From NCBI GenBank assembly GCA_043228905.1, contig JBHGNT010000007.1, positions 11,656,001 through 11,720,000 on the forward strand: 64,000 nucleotides of DNA, in the 5' to 3' direction. Shown here piece by piece: positions 1 through 13,533 of the stretch. The notes beneath the pieces are model-generated. The model was not told the DNA's origin. It searched no databases and saw only the letters and a program-made list of their open reading frames with translations. Position 1 is the first letter of the stretch; every line of letters starts with the position of its first letter. This DNA comes from Azolla caroliniana. Taxonomy: Eukaryota; Plantae; Polypodiophyta. A program made the translations under genes and the position numbers.

Positions 1-51
1 AAGGGCCAATTTCTGCAACCTCCCTCTCGAACCGAGGCAGCACAAGCTTTA

Positions 52-3000
52 ATGAACCTCTCTAGCAGGAAATTTTCCTCGCTAGAAGACTATGTTCACC
101 ATGCTAGAACCCAAATCCAAAAATCGGGTCTAGAAGGGGACAATTGGTTGATAGCTTGTTTTGTCAATGGCATCCCCAATTCGGACTATCACTGGATAGT
201 GCACGATAAGGATCCAAAATCCTTCGAAGAGGCCGTTGAAATAGTTCTTCGCTATCAACGCACTTCGAAGAAGGACCATAACAAACCCAACGAAGCGCCC
301 GGGACTAAGCAGTCGCAATTTGTTGGGAAACGCAAGACACCCAACGAATTCCTGGATCGCGATTGTAAGCGACAACATCCTTTTTGTGTATTCTGCAAAA
401 AGAAGGGTCATACAAAAGATCAATGTCGAAAGCTCCAACGGAAAGAGCACGACAACAAAGCTAAAGCTGCAGACCATAAAGGTCAGATTCCTAATGTCCT
501 TCAGGTCTATACACATCATTTAAGTAATTGTCAATGTTCTTTCCCTCACTATGTATTGGGTCCCAATGATTTACTACGTGCAAACGGGTATATCAATGGA
601 TCTCCCGTACAATTTTTATTTGATTCGGGAAGCTCACACAATTTTGTGAATGATCGTTTGGTTCAGATATGGGGAATCCAACCCACCGTAAGTGATCACA
701 CCTACACGGTGCACTTGGCTGATGGAAGAGTACAATACATCAACGGGGCGATTCATTCATTAGGAATTTCTATTGATACTTATATAGAGGAAGTAGACTT
801 CCATGTAATGAATCTTTGTACCACCGATGTAATACTGGGTTATCCCTGGTTTTATAATAAAAACTCTTCTTTATTTATTGATTGGGTTCGTCATTCCATT
901 TCTTTTGTACTGAACGATTGTACGCATTTTATTCAATGTGTAAAAAAACAATCCCTCTCGATTGTTTCCTCGTGTCCATCAATATCCGAGTTGTCTTGTT
1001 CTACGTTATTTTATTGTGTACTTGATCCGGACATTCACGTTTACAATATCGATAATGTCCCGATTCAATTAACATATTTTGAACAACAACAACTTGATGA
1101 AATCTTAAATGATTTTCATGATGTTTTTCCAAGTGAACTACCTGATGGGTTACCTCCTAAACGTAATATAGACCATCGTATAGATATTGTACCTGGTGTT
1201 GCACCAATAAGTATACCTCCGTATCGCTTAAGTCGATCCGAAGAAGATGAGGTATCTAAGCAACTCAAGGACTATTTACGAATGGGTTATATACGTTATA
1301 GTAAATCTCCATGGGGTGCACCAGTTCTCTTGGTTAAAAAGAAAGAGGGCACATGGCGTATGTGTATTAATTACCGATGCTTGAATAAAGTGACGATCAA
1401 GAATTCGTATCCATTGCCCCGGGCTGACGATCTAATTGACCGTCTCCAGGGAGCTCGGTATTTTACGAAACTTGATCTCCGTACTGGCTACCATCAAATA
1501 GGAATAAGTGAGGACGATGTTCCTAAAACGGCATTTCGTACGCGCTATGGCCATTACGAGTTTTTGGTTATGCCTTTTGGTTTGACCAATGCTCCGGCTA
1601 CTTTTCAACAAGAAATGAATGACATTTTCCGAGAACAACTTGGAAAATTTGTCGTTATTTTCTTGGATGATATTTTAGTTTATAGCCGTACATTACAAGA
1701 ACATGCTAGACATGTCCGCTTTGTTTTACAAACATTGCGTGACAAACAGTTTTATGCGAAGATCTCAAAATGTGAGTTCTTCAAGAAATCAATTACTTAT
1801 CTAGGACATCTCATAACCGAAAGAGGAGTTGAAATTGATCCTTCTCGCATTGAGAAAATCATGCTTTGGCCCACTCTTCGGAATATTCGAGAAGTTCGAT
1901 CATTCCTTGGTTTTGTGGGGTTTTTGCGAAAGTCTCTTCGTAATTACTCCCAATTGACGACGCCATTTACTGATCTTTTAAAAGGTCAAACGCGTAAGTC
2001 TACAAAACCTATTGTGTGGAATGCTACACTAGACCTTGCCTTTAAGGAACTCAAGGACCTGGTTTGCAAGGCTCCTTCACTTCTTTTACCCGATCCTTCA
2101 AAACCTTTTGAGGTTGAAACCGATGCCAGCGATTACGCTATAGGTGCTGTCTTGTATCAAGATGGTAAACCGATAGCATTCGAGAGTAAGAAACTTGATT
2201 CTGCTCAATGTCGGTATACCGTTCAAGAAAAGGAATTATTTGCAGTTATACATGCGCTCAAAACATGGCGCCATTATCTTTATGGAAATCACTTTGTGGT
2301 AACTACGGACCACGAGTCCTTGAAATATTTTTGTGACCAACAAGACCTGAAAGGTCGTAAGGCACGATGGGCTGATCTCATCCAGGACTTTGATTTTTCC
2401 ATACGATATCGTAAAGGTTCCATGAACACTGTCGCTGATGCACTAAGTCGCATCCGTGAAGTTAACACGCTTAGCTTCACTGAAATATCATCAGATCTTT
2501 ATGATCACCTTCGAGGAAAGTATCCTGATGACAGTTATTTCGCAAAATACTGGGCAAGAGTTGAGTCTGGAACAGACACCACCACCTCCTCGAAGGAATA
2601 CTTCCACATTGCTAACGGTTTGCTCTACCGTAATGGGAAGGTTTGTGTTCCAGATTTACCCGAGGTCAAAAAGAGGATTCTTTTTGAATGCCATGATGCA
2701 CCCTCAGCAGGGCACCCTGGAATACATCGTACACTCGTTCTCATCTCCACTCAATTTTATTGGCCTAAGATGCGTCCTGACATACATAGCTATGTGACTA
2801 AATGTCACCAGTGTCAGGTTAACAAAGCCGAGCGACTTAAAGTCGCAGGACTTTTACATCCCTTGGACATTCCCAATAATAAGTGGGAAAGTATATCCAT
2901 GGATTTTATCGTTAGCCTTCCTCGCACCCAAAAAGGTCATGATGCCATCTGGGTTGTCGTTGATCGACTAACTAAAATGGCCAGATTTATTGCTACTAAA

Positions 3001-3981
3001 ACCACGGTAACAGCTCCTGAATTGGCTTACCAATTCGTTGACGAATTGTTTCGTTTTTATGGGTTACCGATGGATATCGTGAGTGATCGAGATCCAAAGT
3101 TTACTAGTGACTTCTGGACACAGGTCTTTAAGAAGTTAGAAACTACGTTGAGCATGAGCTCCACGGATCATCCTCAATCCGATGGACAGACAGAACGAGT
3201 AAATCAAATTATTGAGGACATGCTTCGAGCATACGTTGGTGCAAAACCAACAAAATGGGAACGTTATCTCCCAATTTTGGAGTTTGCTTATAACAGCTCC
3301 AAGCATACGTCGACGGGATATAGTCCTTTTATGTTGATGTATGGTTTTCAGCCACGAGCCCCGATTGATGTTACTATACATCATGATGAGTTGCGAAGTA
3401 CGCAAAACTTTCTTCGGGATATGCAAGATATGTTGCATATTGCACGAGATAATATAAAAACAGCTCAAGATAGAGCGCGTTTTTATGCCGATCATCATAG
3501 GCAACCTCGTGTATTCAACCCTGGACAGAAGGTATTTTTACGTGTACCTCACAATTCTAAGACATTGTCTACGGGTAAGTGCGCTAAGTTAGCCCCACGG
3601 TTTTGTGGACCTTTTACAGTCCTCAAACGCATTGGGTCATCAGCCTATCGTCTCGCTCTTCCCGATGGTGTCGGAATTCATCCAGTCTTTCATGTGAGTC
3701 GTCTAAAAGAACTTCTAGGTTCTGGCGACAATACAGCTACGACTGAAACTCTGGTTACTTCTGAAGAATTATCTTCTAAACCACATGTACCAGAAAGAAT
3801 TCTCGATGTTAAAACAAAAAAATTACGTACTAAAGAAATCCGAGAATTCAAAATAAAATGGATGGATAAATCAATAAAAGATGCCACATGGGAACGCGAA
3901 AATACACTTAGAACTAACTTCCCTAACTTTCCATTGCAAGAGTGCAATGTTTTAAAGAGGGGGAGTATGTTACGGGCATGA
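52..3981 (+). CDS. Gag-Pol polyprotein: zinc knuckle, aspartic protease, reverse transcriptase, RNase H, integrase, chromodomain (N-terminus lies upstream of the window)
   Basis: [14 protein letters not shown] knuckle; [11 protein letters not shown] protease; MPFGLTNAP and FLDD in RT; [10 protein letters not shown] RNase H; HHCC and SMDF..SDRD..ERVN integrase; GPF motif; C-terminal PERIL..IKW..ATWE chromodomain; uninterrupted 1309 aa. Confidence 0.95.
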   Translation: MNLSSRKFSSLEDYVHHARTQIQKSGLEGDNWLIACFVNGIPNSDYHWIVHDKDPKSFEEAVEIVLRYQRTSKKDHNKPNEAPGTKQSQFVGKRKTPNEFLDRDCKRQHPFCVFCKKKGHTKDQCRKLQRKEHDNKAKAADHKGQIPNVLQVYTHHLSNCQCSFPHYVLGPNDLLRANGYINGSPVQFLFDSGSSHNFVNDRLVQIWGIQPTVSDHTYTVHLADGRVQYINGAIHSLGISIDTYIEEVDFHVMNLCTTDVILGYPWFYNKNSSLFIDWVRHSISFVLNDCTHFIQCVKKQSLSIVSSCPSISELSCSTLFYCVLDPDIHVYNIDNVPIQLTYFEQQQLDEILNDFHDVFPSELPDGLPPKRNIDHRIDIVPGVAPISIPPYRLSRSEEDEVSKQLKDYLRMGYIRYSKSPWGAPVLLVKKKEGTWRMCINYRCLNKVTIKNSYPLPRADDLIDRLQGARYFTKLDLRTGYHQIGISEDDVPKTAFRTRYGHYEFLVMPFGLTNAPATFQQEMNDIFREQLGKFVVIFLDDILVYSRTLQEHARHVRFVLQTLRDKQFYAKISKCEFFKKSITYLGHLITERGVEIDPSRIEKIMLWPTLRNIREVRSFLGFVGFLRKSLRNYSQLTTPFTDLLKGQTRKSTKPIVWNATLDLAFKELKDLVCKAPSLLLPDPSKPFEVETDASDYAIGAVLYQDGKPIAFESKKLDSAQCRYTVQEKELFAVIHALKTWRHYLYGNHFVVTTDHESLKYFCDQQDLKGRKARWADLIQDFDFSIRYRKGSMNTVADALSRIREVNTLSFTEISSDLYDHLRGKYPDDSYFAKYWARVESGTDTTTSSKEYFHIANGLLYRNGKVCVPDLPEVKKRILFECHDAPSAGHPGIHRTLVLISTQFYWPKMRPDIHSYVTKCHQCQVNKAERLKVAGLLHPLDIPNNKWESISMDFIVSLPRTQKGHDAIWVVVDRLTKMARFIATKTTVTAPELAYQFVDELFRFYGLPMDIVSDRDPKFTSDFWTQVFKKLETTLSMSSTDHPQSDGQTERVNQIIEDMLRAYVGAKPTKWERYLPILEFAYNSSKHTSTGYSPFMLMYGFQPRAPIDVTIHHDELRSTQNFLRDMQDMLHIARDNIKTAQDRARFYADHHRQPRVFNPGQKVFLRVPHNSKTLSTGKCAKLAPRFCGPFTVLKRIGSSAYRLALPDGVGIHPVFHVSRLKELLGSGDNTATTETLVTSEELSSKPHVPERILDVKTKKLRTKEIREFKIKWMDKSIKDATWERENTLRTNFPNFPLQECNVLKRGSMLRA

Positions 3982-4406
3982 CCATATAATATCCCGTGGT
4001 AAGAATTTACCGTAGTATTCTATACACGTGGATAAGTGTGAGGGTTAAAGGAGAGTGTAAAGAAGGGGAGGATTACTTTTAATCCTCGGGATTGAGACAA
4101 CCCATTAGGTCAAGTGTGAACTTGCCTGGGGGCCTTGGGTTTCGCTATAAATAAGAGGCCTAGCTACCCTCATTTGATGATCTTTTGACTACATCGAGAC
4201 TCTGCTCGTGTGGTGGGTCAACTCTTGTAGCGAGCGCGCCAGCACCAGGTACGACTCGACGCCACGGCGGTGGTATGGGACGCCGATCGAGGCTCGAGTC
4301 CGTCTCGATCCCTTCGCTCGGGGGTGGTCGGGTGGATCGGCACCCTTCTTTCTCTTTCTCCTTTCTATCTTTCATTTCTTTATCCTTATCTTAAGCTTAC
4401 ATTAGT
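3968..4406 (+). repeat. 3' LTR of element A, lacking its last ~14 nt
   Basis: Starts TGTTACGGGCATGACC after the PPT; TATA (CTATAAATA) at ~4146; aligns to the reverse complement of 8672-9144 until ...CTTACATTAGT. Confidence 0.9.
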
Positions 4407-4422
4407 ACTATGATCTATAATA

Positions 4423-7043
4423 TTTACCATCTTGATATAAGACAACACCTATAGCATAATCGTTTGCATCGGTTTCAACCTCTAAAGGTTTTGAAGGATC
4501 GGGTCTAGGGTAACATTCCACACAATAGGTTTTGTAGACTTACACGTTTGACCTTTTAGAAGATCAGTAAACGACGTCGTCAATTGGGAGTAATTACGAA
4601 GGGATTTTCGCAAAAACCCGACAAAACCAAGGAATGATCGAACTTCTCGAATATTCCGAAGAGTGGGCCAAAGCTTGATTTTCTCGATGCGAGAAGGATC
4701 AATTTCAACTCCTTGTTTGGTTATGAGATGTCCAAGATAAGTAATTGATTTCTTGAAGAACTCACATTTTGAGATCTTCGCATAAAACTGTTTGTCATGC
4801 AATGTTTGTAAAACAAAGTGGACATGTTTAGCATGTTCTTTTAATGTACAACTATAAACTAAAATATCATCCAAGAAAATAACGACAAATTTTCCAAGTT
4901 GTTCTCGGAAAATGTCATTCATTTCTTGTTGAAATGTAGCTGGAGCATTGGTCAAACCAAAAGGCATAACCAAAAACTCATAATGGCCATAGCGCGTACG
5001 AAATGCCGTTTTAGGAACATCGTCCTCACTTATACGAATTTGATGGTAGCCAGTATGGAGAACAAGTTTTGTAAAATACCGAGCTCCCTGGAGATGGTCA
5101 ATTAGATCATTAGCCCGGGGCAATGGATACGAATTCTTGATCGTCACTTTATTCAAGCGTCGGTAATTAATACACATACGCCATGTGCCCTCTTTCTTTT
5201 TAACCAAGAGAACTGGTACACCCCATGGAGATTTACTATAACGTATATAACCCATTCGTAAATAGTCCTTGAGTTGCTTAGATACCTCATCCTCTTCGGA
5301 TCGACTTAAGCAATAAGGAGGTATACTTATTGGTGCAATGCCAGGTACAATATCTATACGATGGTCTATATTACATTTAGGAGGTAACCCATCTGGTAGT
5401 TCATTTGGAAAAACATCACGAAAATCATTTAAGATTTCATCAAGTTGTTGTTGTTCAAAATATGTTAATTGAACCGAGACATTATCGATATTGTAAACGT
5501 GAATGTCCGGATCAAGTAGACAATAAAATAGAGTAGAACAAGACAACTCAAATATTGATGGACACGAGCAAACAATCAAGAGGGATTGTTTTTTGACACA
5601 TTGAATAAAATGAGTACAATCGTTCAGTACAAAAGTTATTGAATGATGAACCCAATCAATAAATAAAGAAGAGTTTTTATTATAAAACCAGGGATAAGCC
5701 AGTATTACATCAGTGGTACAAAGATTCATTACATGGAAGTCTACTTCCTCTATAATATAAGTATCAATAGAAATTCCTAATGAATGAATCACCCCATTGA
5801 TGTATTGTACTCTTCCATCAGCCAAGTGCACCGTGTAGGTGTGATCACTTACGGTGGGTTGGATTCCCCATATCTGAACCAAACAATCATTGACAAAGTT
5901 GTGTGAGCTTCCCGAATCAAATAAAAATTGTACGGGAGATCCATTGATATACCCGTTTGCACGTAGAAAATGATTGGGACCCAATACATAGTGAGGGAAA
6001 GAACATTGACAATTACTTAAATGATGTGTATAGACCTGAAGGACATTAGGAATCTGACCTTTATGGTCTGTAGTTTTAGCTTTGCTGTCGTGCTCTTTCC
6101 GTTGGAGCTTTCGACATTGTTCTTTTGTATGACCCTTCTTTTTGGAGAATATGCAAAAAGGATGTTGTCGCTTACAATCGTGATCCATGAATTCGTTGGG
6201 TGTCTTGCGTTTCCCAACGAATTGCGATTGCTTAGTCCCGGGCGCTTTGTTGGGTTTGTTGTGGTCCTTCTTCGAAGTGCGTTGATAGCCAAGAATTATT
6301 TCAACAGCCTCTTCGAAGGATTTTGGATCCTTATCATGCACTATCCAGTGATAGTTCGAATTGGGGATGCCATTGACAAAACAAGTTATTAACCGATTGT
6401 CCCCTTCTAGAACCGATTTTTGGATTTGGGTTCTAGCATGGTGGGCATAATCTTCTAGCGAGGAAAATTTCCGACTAGAGAGGTTCATTAAAGCTTGTGC
6501 TGCCTCGGTTCGAGAGGGAGGTTGCAGAAATTGGCCCTTGAAAACTGTGACAAAATCTGACCAAGTATCGGGCAATTTCCCCAAAGTACGGAGCCCACGC
6601 CACTAGGTGGCAGCCTTACCCCCTAGTTCTCAGCCAACATATGCAATCTTCGTACTATCTGGCGTGGGATAGAGCTCAAAATGAGACTCCCATCGGCCCA
6701 GCCATGTGCAGATTACTTCTTCGGTTCTTTCCTTTTTGTCTCCCGTAAATGGCTTAACGACAAACGATGGTTCACCCTGTCGCTCATCAGGTCTATTAGT
6801 CTCACGTCGTAGACTAATGACACGTGCCTCGAGAGCACTTTGAGATTGCCGAAGTTCGATCATCTGTTGAACGGTGAAACTAAGGCATTGGTTTATTTGC
6901 AAAAAATACATCTCAATGGACATTTGTCCAGGAGGATTTCCTTGAGTTCCTTCCGCTTGAGCGGATGACATCGGGTCGTTATTTTGAGCCATTAAATGAT
7001 TATTTCTGGAAAAGAAATAGGATAAGGTCAGAGAGATAGTCAT
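4423..7043 (-). pseudogene. Disrupted gag-pol of element B
   Basis: ORFs 6630-7043 (gag N-terminus, premature stop) and 4482-6584 (near-identical to the element A protein); a 55-bp deletion near 4502 relative to A causes a frameshift. Confidence 0.9.
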
Positions 7044-8180
7044 AACATCCTATCATGATGTAAACATATCATGGGCAAACATTAATCGATATCATGATCT
7101 CACATCAATACCCCTTTAGACGTATGAGATGAGGTTCAAGATCAGGTTACTATGGTAACACAAAGGTGTTTTAAAAACCATGGGGATGACAATTTAATGT
7201 CTTTCCCTGATCTCTATATCGATTTTTTCATGGCGGCTCCCCGAGGCTCAACCATGTATGTTCGCGTCATGAATAGTTTATACACGAAAAAAATGTTAAC
7301 AATAAATTATGTTTCGGTGCCCACATGTGGTTTCACCTCTTTAAGTCCTATTACGAGAACCCCGAAGTGCACTTACACCTTAAGTTTAAACATGTGTTAT
7401 AGCGATATATATCAACGATGTTGTATGGTCTTGGTCATATTTGAACTCAAGACCTCAAGAACAAATGCATTAAACACTTGAGCCAACCAAGTAGGTTGCT
7501 CTTCTTGAATGTTTAATGCTTCATGCGTATAAAAGATATGCGAGCAATTTGCCCATATATGTTTTATTTTTATTTTTAAAAGAAACATATATGTCAAGAG
7601 TCCTTATTTCTCCCTCATTTACTACAACTATGTTGGTATGTTACCTAACCTCAAGTCTCGTAATTACGATGGCATACGCCAAAGTGCAACCTAATGGTCA
7701 AGCCAAATGAGCCCTCTTTTTGTAGTAGGCCCATGTGGCCCATCACATGGTCACGTCATTACGAATGCCTCTCGTAAGAATGATCTCATGGTGGCATCAT
7801 ATCCATGTAATGAGGGAGGGATGTTGGATACGTGTGTCATAGGAGCGACCTCACATGAAGTGGGTCAAGCCCTACGTAGTCAACATCATTATGGCTATAT
7901 GCGTTTCTTTATGTAACGAAATATCGAAGTCAACAACGAGGATTTCAACAATAAAAAATTGTTGAAAAAAGGGATGGTGACAACGCTATTCTCACAAAAA
8001 TGTGAGGACGGCCACCAAGATCCTTTCCCCGAAAAGGAAAACATTCGATTTAAAATCACGTAATAACTTATATACACATATGTATATTATCACATATATA
8101 CAATCAACTACGTATGCACGTGACCACATATGCCTATATTAAACAAATCATTATATTTAATAGCCAAAAATGACGTAATC

Positions 8181-8423
8181 GAGGCATATACCTCTACGCA
8201 CATGAGACATCAAAAAATAAGGGTTAATTGTAATACGCAATTGAGGTATTGACCTCTTATGCATACGAGACCAAACGCATATCATTTACAACGAATCGAG
8301 GTATTGACCTCATACACAAACGTAACATATGTTTGTGAATGTAATATTCAATTGAGGTACTAACCTCGTGCACATACGACACTCATCACATATTCAATAT
8401 ACGTCAAATGAGGTATTAACCTC
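8181..8423. repeat. Five regularly spaced palindromes GAGGT-N4-ACCTC (period ~55-62 bp) in the leader of element B
   Basis: Copies at 8181, 8243, 8298, 8354 and 8410. Confidence 0.85.
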
Positions 8424-8657
8424 ATACAAATATGTAAACATTTTATACAACCAATGAATTACCACTACAACATCATTGAATTAATGAAAAAAAACTACAT
8501 ATTAACCATACACATGATTAAATTGGGAGAAGAAAGAATAGAAAAAACAAGAAAGATTACCAAAGTTCCTTTGTTGATTGTTGTTTGGAACAAGGTTGAC
8601 CGCACGTTGATCGATCGCCATCCATCAAGAAGACAAAAAAGAAACATTAGCACATTA

Positions 8658-8669
8658 GCTCTGATACCA
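8658..8669 (-). promoter_or_regulatory. Primer binding site, tRNA-iMet
   Basis: TGGTATCAGAGC on the minus strand, 2 nt from the LTR end CA. Confidence 0.92.
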
Positions 8670-8671
8670 AC

Positions 8672-9144
8672 TGTTAGAAACATGAACTAATGTAAGCATT
8701 AGATAAGAATAGAATATAGATCTAGATAGAAAGGAGAGAGAGAAAGAAGGGTATCGATCCACCCGACCACCCCCAAGCGAAGGGATCGAGATAGACTCGA
8801 GCCTCGATCGGCGTCCCATACCACCGCCGTGGCGTCGACTCGTACCTGGTGCTCGAGTCGTACCTGGTGCTGGCACGCTCGCTACAAGAGTTGACCCACC
8901 ACAAGATAGAGTCTCGACGTAGTCAACCAGATGATGAAATGAGGGTAGCTAAGCCTCTTATTTCTAGCGATACCCAAGGCCCCCAGCCATGTTCACACTT
9001 TGCCTAATGGGTTGTCTCAATCCCGAGGATTATAACTAATCCTCCCCTTCTTTACACTCTTGTTTAACCCTCACACTTATCCATGTGTATAGAATACTAC
9101 AGTAAATTCTCACCACAGGATATTATGTGGTCATGCCTGTAACA
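8672..9144 (-). repeat. 5' LTR of element B
   Basis: TGTTA...TAACA termini; homologous to 3968-4406; internal ~18-bp tandem duplication at ~8837-8871. Confidence 0.92.
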
Positions 9145-11230
9145 ACAAACCTCCAAACAAATAGGAAAGTGATCTGAAGTTCCTACATCTTTTAAAACTG
9201 GCATACGAATTGATGTCGGTAAAAAAGAATCATTGTGCATCACATACATTCTATCTAACCGACTCCATGTTTGTCTATGTTGAGCGGATTGGAAAGTAAA
9301 ACCTGGATGATTCCCATGCAACCATGTCCAAACATCCAACTTCAGAACCTCCATAGCCCATGAATCCCAAGCAAGTTGCTCGGGATCATCCATGATTGAA
9401 AGTTCAGACGTAGATTGAGATGCATCAACACATGTTAAAATCACCCATAAGTAATCCTGAACAACCCACACATAGGGTTTGACGGAGTGAGCCCCATAAT
9501 GCAATACGTTGAGTGGCTTGGTTAGGGGCATAAATCCCAACCACCCAAACAACCTCGCCCAGAAAAGTGATTTCTAGAACCAAAAATCGACCATAAGGAT
9601 CATTATGCACCACCTGAGGATAATATTTATCCCGCACGATTAATACCACACTTGAATAATGATTATTAAGGTGTCCTGCATAGAATGACGAATATCCACG
9701 CAAGTGAACTGTGGATCTTGCTAACTCATGACGCTTATACTCAAGTGCACATAATATATCTCATTCTTTACTTAATAACTTTTGCCGTAATATATACTTC
9801 TTATGAGGAGAACATGCCCCTCTCACATTCCATGTTACCACTTTCATTCATTCAACAATATTATGGGTGCACTTGCTCCTTTAGAGCAACCGATGTCATG
9901 AAACTAGTCAAAGCATGTTCCAATGCTGCATATGGATTTTCATGCACCACATCCTTAGAGTTGTCTATCGAAATCGTTTGTTTAGGTTCTCCCGCTTAAC
10001 GAAAACCTCGAGAATTTGATGAATTTACAACTCGTCCCAATGAATCAAATTGAAGGTGAAGGGGTAATCCCTTATCCCTAAATTGTCTTTGTTAAGGAAC
10101 TTTTCGAGGACCCTCCCTAGTTCCTCAATTACTCTTCCAAATAGTCTCACGAGTAGTGGGCAAACTATTATGTTTCATATTCATTGATTTGCCCTTCGAC
10201 ATGCCCTTAACCTGATGCCAATCCTTTTCAACAACAACATCACTAGTAGTTCTATCCAACGGTTTTTTCCCTTATAACCACCAAATTTTGTTTTTCCATA
10301 TCCATAGATCGAGTTCCCTTATTCGTAGGGCCCAACCCTTGAAGTGAAATCTCTTTATAACCTAATCTAGATGATGTTCCTTCATCCATAACAACCACCA
10401 TATCTAACACACCAATAATTTTCCCAAATCCTTCCTTACCATTCCCTTCATTAGGAACCTCTATAGTTGAAGGAAAATAACGATGACATTTCGCCATAAA
10501 GTGACCCCATTCACCACATCCAAAATAGTGACCTGCAAATGTCTCCAACTTCAATTTAAAACAAAGTCTTTTCATTCCAAGTGTGTTCCTATGCACCCAT
10601 CCTGGCCTCTTACGACTTGTATCCTATAACACACAAAATCTGCACTTATTGGTAGCATTTGCATGTGGAGATACCAATACTAAATTACCCATTTGACTCA
10701 TCAACTCTGGTAAAAGTGGCCATAAAAAAGCATACTTACAATCCACTGTTACCCAAACAGGACATTCTTGTTTCAACAACACATGATAGTCCACAACGGG
10801 GGACCATTTCATTACATGCACCAATCGTTTATCAAAAAACATTGGAACTTTAGCCAACAATGCACTTCGATGTTCCGATGAACAAAACACTACATCATAA
10901 AACCCTTGTGGTTCTACATATATATATTTTCAACACAATTTGGTGACACGATTGTGTTCAGCCATTGTTTGATCCAATTAATGTATAGGAGTTTCCAAGT
11001 AAAAAACAATATCACCGCACGATCATAGAATACATCAAAGAGATTGCAACTCTGCCTTAGCATCAACTTCCACATCATGCACATCCTCATCATTGCATTC
11101 TTTCGTTGCATTTTCATTTTCTTCCACAATATTAGACAATAAGATATTGGCAATTCCCCATAAATTATCCCAATTACAATGATCCTTGTCAACCTCATCT
11201 ACATGTATTACTTCGGCATATGTCACTTTT
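9145..11230 (-). pseudogene. Decayed L1-like LINE: ORF1 remnant (CCHC knuckle) and APE endonuclease of ORF2
   Basis: Minus-strand fragments VVGIYAPN, LMGDFN, SRLDRMY and SDHFPI (APE motifs); FGCGEWGHFMAKC and W..P.WV ORF1-like segments; many stops. Confidence 0.8.
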
Positions 11231-11600
11231 TTCTCATTAATTTCCGCAATGCCCTAAAACCTCTTAGAGCTTCCAATGACTTCCATTTCACGATTACATT
11301 CAACCATCACATTACTCTTTTTTGGATCAATTGTTTCCATATAATTGTCCCCCACAATTTGAGAGGAATTCATGTTTATATCCATTATTCTTGATGTGAT
11401 AACGATCCAGGATAAAAACAATTTTCCATGAACAAGAAAGACAACTGGAACTCACTCGATTGAAGAGGTCCATGATGATGAACACAATAGAAGACCCGCA
11501 ATGTGTGTTGAGTATGTGGATGCCAACAACACAAGATTCCTTATTTTAATCGTTCTGATCGAGGGCTTTCTAACACATGTCTTTATGCTCCCTCATTAAT

Positions 11601-11626
11601 CTCTCTCTCTCTCCCTCTCCCTCTCC
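11601..11626. repeat. (CT)n microsatellite
   Basis: ctctctctctctccctctccctctcc. Confidence 0.8.
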
Positions 11627-13252
11627 ACCGGTTTGTTAGTCACCGTGTTAGAGAGTGTGGTTTGTGCGTGGACTCTCTATGTGAGAGCCAATTTACGATC
11701 GCAATGACGATTTCTCGTGCTTCTATTTCTAATGTATCCAACGCCCGATGGACATGGCCTTTCAACACCCCCTCTCTCGTCGCGCAAATCTGCAGTAGCC
11801 AATATGTATGGATATATATACATGGCCATGCTTGCCGCATCACGACGGAACGAAGGATCAGATGGAGATTGAGAAGGTAAAGCTTAACGAAGAAGTTCGT
11901 CATCTAAGAGATGGTAGAAAGTCTCCCAACTCTGAGAAAATTTCCGTTCTATTTAAGGAACCAAAGACAAGACGATCATCGCTGAGATCTTTATCCCTGA
12001 GAAGGAGGTCTGTTTCACCAAAGTGAAAGGGAAGTTCTCCGCAACATCAATTATATTACTCCTAGTTCTCAAGATAATCATCCTGCTACAAAAAACAATG
12101 ACACAGACTCATCTCTAACCAATAGCGAGGATGAACAACATGGTAATGGAAATGGCACTTTAAACGCAAGGACAGAAAACGGGAGACCAAGATTACAACA
12201 TTCCACTGGACTTTCTCATGATCCTGTTGAGACAGAATTTAGGATGTCTTTGACGTCACATAAGGTTTATACCAATGTAGAGAAAAGAGGTCAGCTGATG
12301 GATAACATGTTCAGATTAAATGAGAGGGAAGGAAATGGTAGATCTAGAGAAATGCATTTTGACATCTTGCTAAAGAAGGATGGAGATCAGGTGAAAGCGA
12401 GAAAATAGAGAAAGATGAGGAGAAAGGGGCAAAACATTATAAACATGATGTGAAGGAAGGGATCCTTCATAAACTTCGTGCTTCTAATCAGCAAGAAGAA
12501 TTGACAAACAACGAGCCGGCCAGACAGAGTCACAGAGAAGAAGCTTCAAAGAAGAAGAAAAAGAAGAGGAAACAGAGGATATGGAAGCTAGTAGAAAGAG
12601 AGAGGTAGAGACAACCCAAGCCCAAAAACTGTCTCCAGCAAGTGAGACCACGGTATTATATGTGGATAGTGACCAAGAGCCCTCCGAAGAGAGGATCCCT
12701 TACAAGCCCTGAACACCATAGTCCAAGTTCACTTCGGGAAGACCTTAGAGAAGAAGAGGTCAGTGGATCCGCAAAAGAAAGAATTATAGAAGATGTTCCA
12801 ATTCTTCTTCCTCTTCTTGTCACTTGTCTTTGCAAGTGTGGTGAACTCCTCCTCTAGGCTCCAATGTAGACATGTATGGATGCCCATACTTCTATGTGGG
12901 CTTGGCCATGCCATCTTCTATGTGGCCATGGCACAAACCTTTGTGGGCTATGGCTATCGGCAATGGCTTGATTTGAGCTCCGTTTTGAGAAAACCAAAAT
13001 GTGGATTTTCTTCAGAGGGATGAAAAACATTGTGGGATGAATATTGCCGTCTAAGCTACTTGGCTTGAGTGAAAAAGAAGAAAAAGAAAGATGAGGAAGA
13101 AGAGACAGACGAAGAGAAGGGCATGAAATGGGAAATTTCAAAAATCGGAGGGCATATGATAAAGTTTCAAAAACTCGCAGGTAAAAACTAAGGGGTACAA
13201 CACAAAATTTCGAAAACACAAAGGTATAAAAACTCAACTCACATGAAGGAAC

Positions 13253-13345
13253 GGAAGAATACACATACATGCAACATGATTTTGCGACCCATGCCATAGG
13301 AAGAATACACATACATGCAACATGATTTTGCGACCCATGCCATAG
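13253..13345. repeat. Exact 46-bp tandem duplication
   Basis: GGAAGAATACACATACATGCAACATGATTTTGCGACCCATGCCATA at 13253 and 13299. Confidence 0.9.
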
Positions 13346-13433
13346 TGGACGAGCCAATTGGTGTGTGATCCAATCGTAAGATGTGTTGACCGAATGAGAT
13401 GGTTCGTATCAAGCAAGCTCCAATTGAAGTTAT

Positions 13434-13533
13434 TGTCATGATATGGCAAGACTCGAACCCATGACCTTATGCTACATGGGTCGACCTCTTACCATTAGAC
13501 TATGAATTGTAATACGTAGGATATTATTTTCAT
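13434..13533 (+). repeat. First 100 bp of an element C LTR
   Basis: Matches 18974-19073 with one substitution seen. Confidence 0.92.

Larger units (their letters stand above)
1..4406 (+). mobile_element. Ty3/gypsy chromovirus LTR retrotransposon (element A), 5' part outside window, 3' LTR end truncated
   Basis: PR-RT-RH-INT-chromodomain ORF, purine tract at 3956-3965, then an LTR starting TGTTAC at 3968 that is homologous to 8672-9144 (reverse). Confidence 0.95.
4423..9144 (-). mobile_element. 3'-truncated inverted sibling of element A (element B): 5' LTR, PBS, long leader, gag, PR, RT, start of RNase H
   Basis: 4423-6539 is the reverse complement of 1-2169 with scattered substitutions; PBS TGGTATCAGAGC at 8669-8658; LTR 8672-9144. 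Confidence 0.93.

Noticed and set aside
8181-8423. CRISPR array
   Set aside because: The repeat is only 14 nt, the spacers are weakly related to each other, there are no cas genes, and the context is a plant retrotransposon leader.
13434-13503. Functional tRNA gene (also 18974-19043 and 53254-53308)
   Set aside because: A and B boxes are present, but I could not fold convincing acceptor and anticodon stems; reported only as tRNA-derived motifs.
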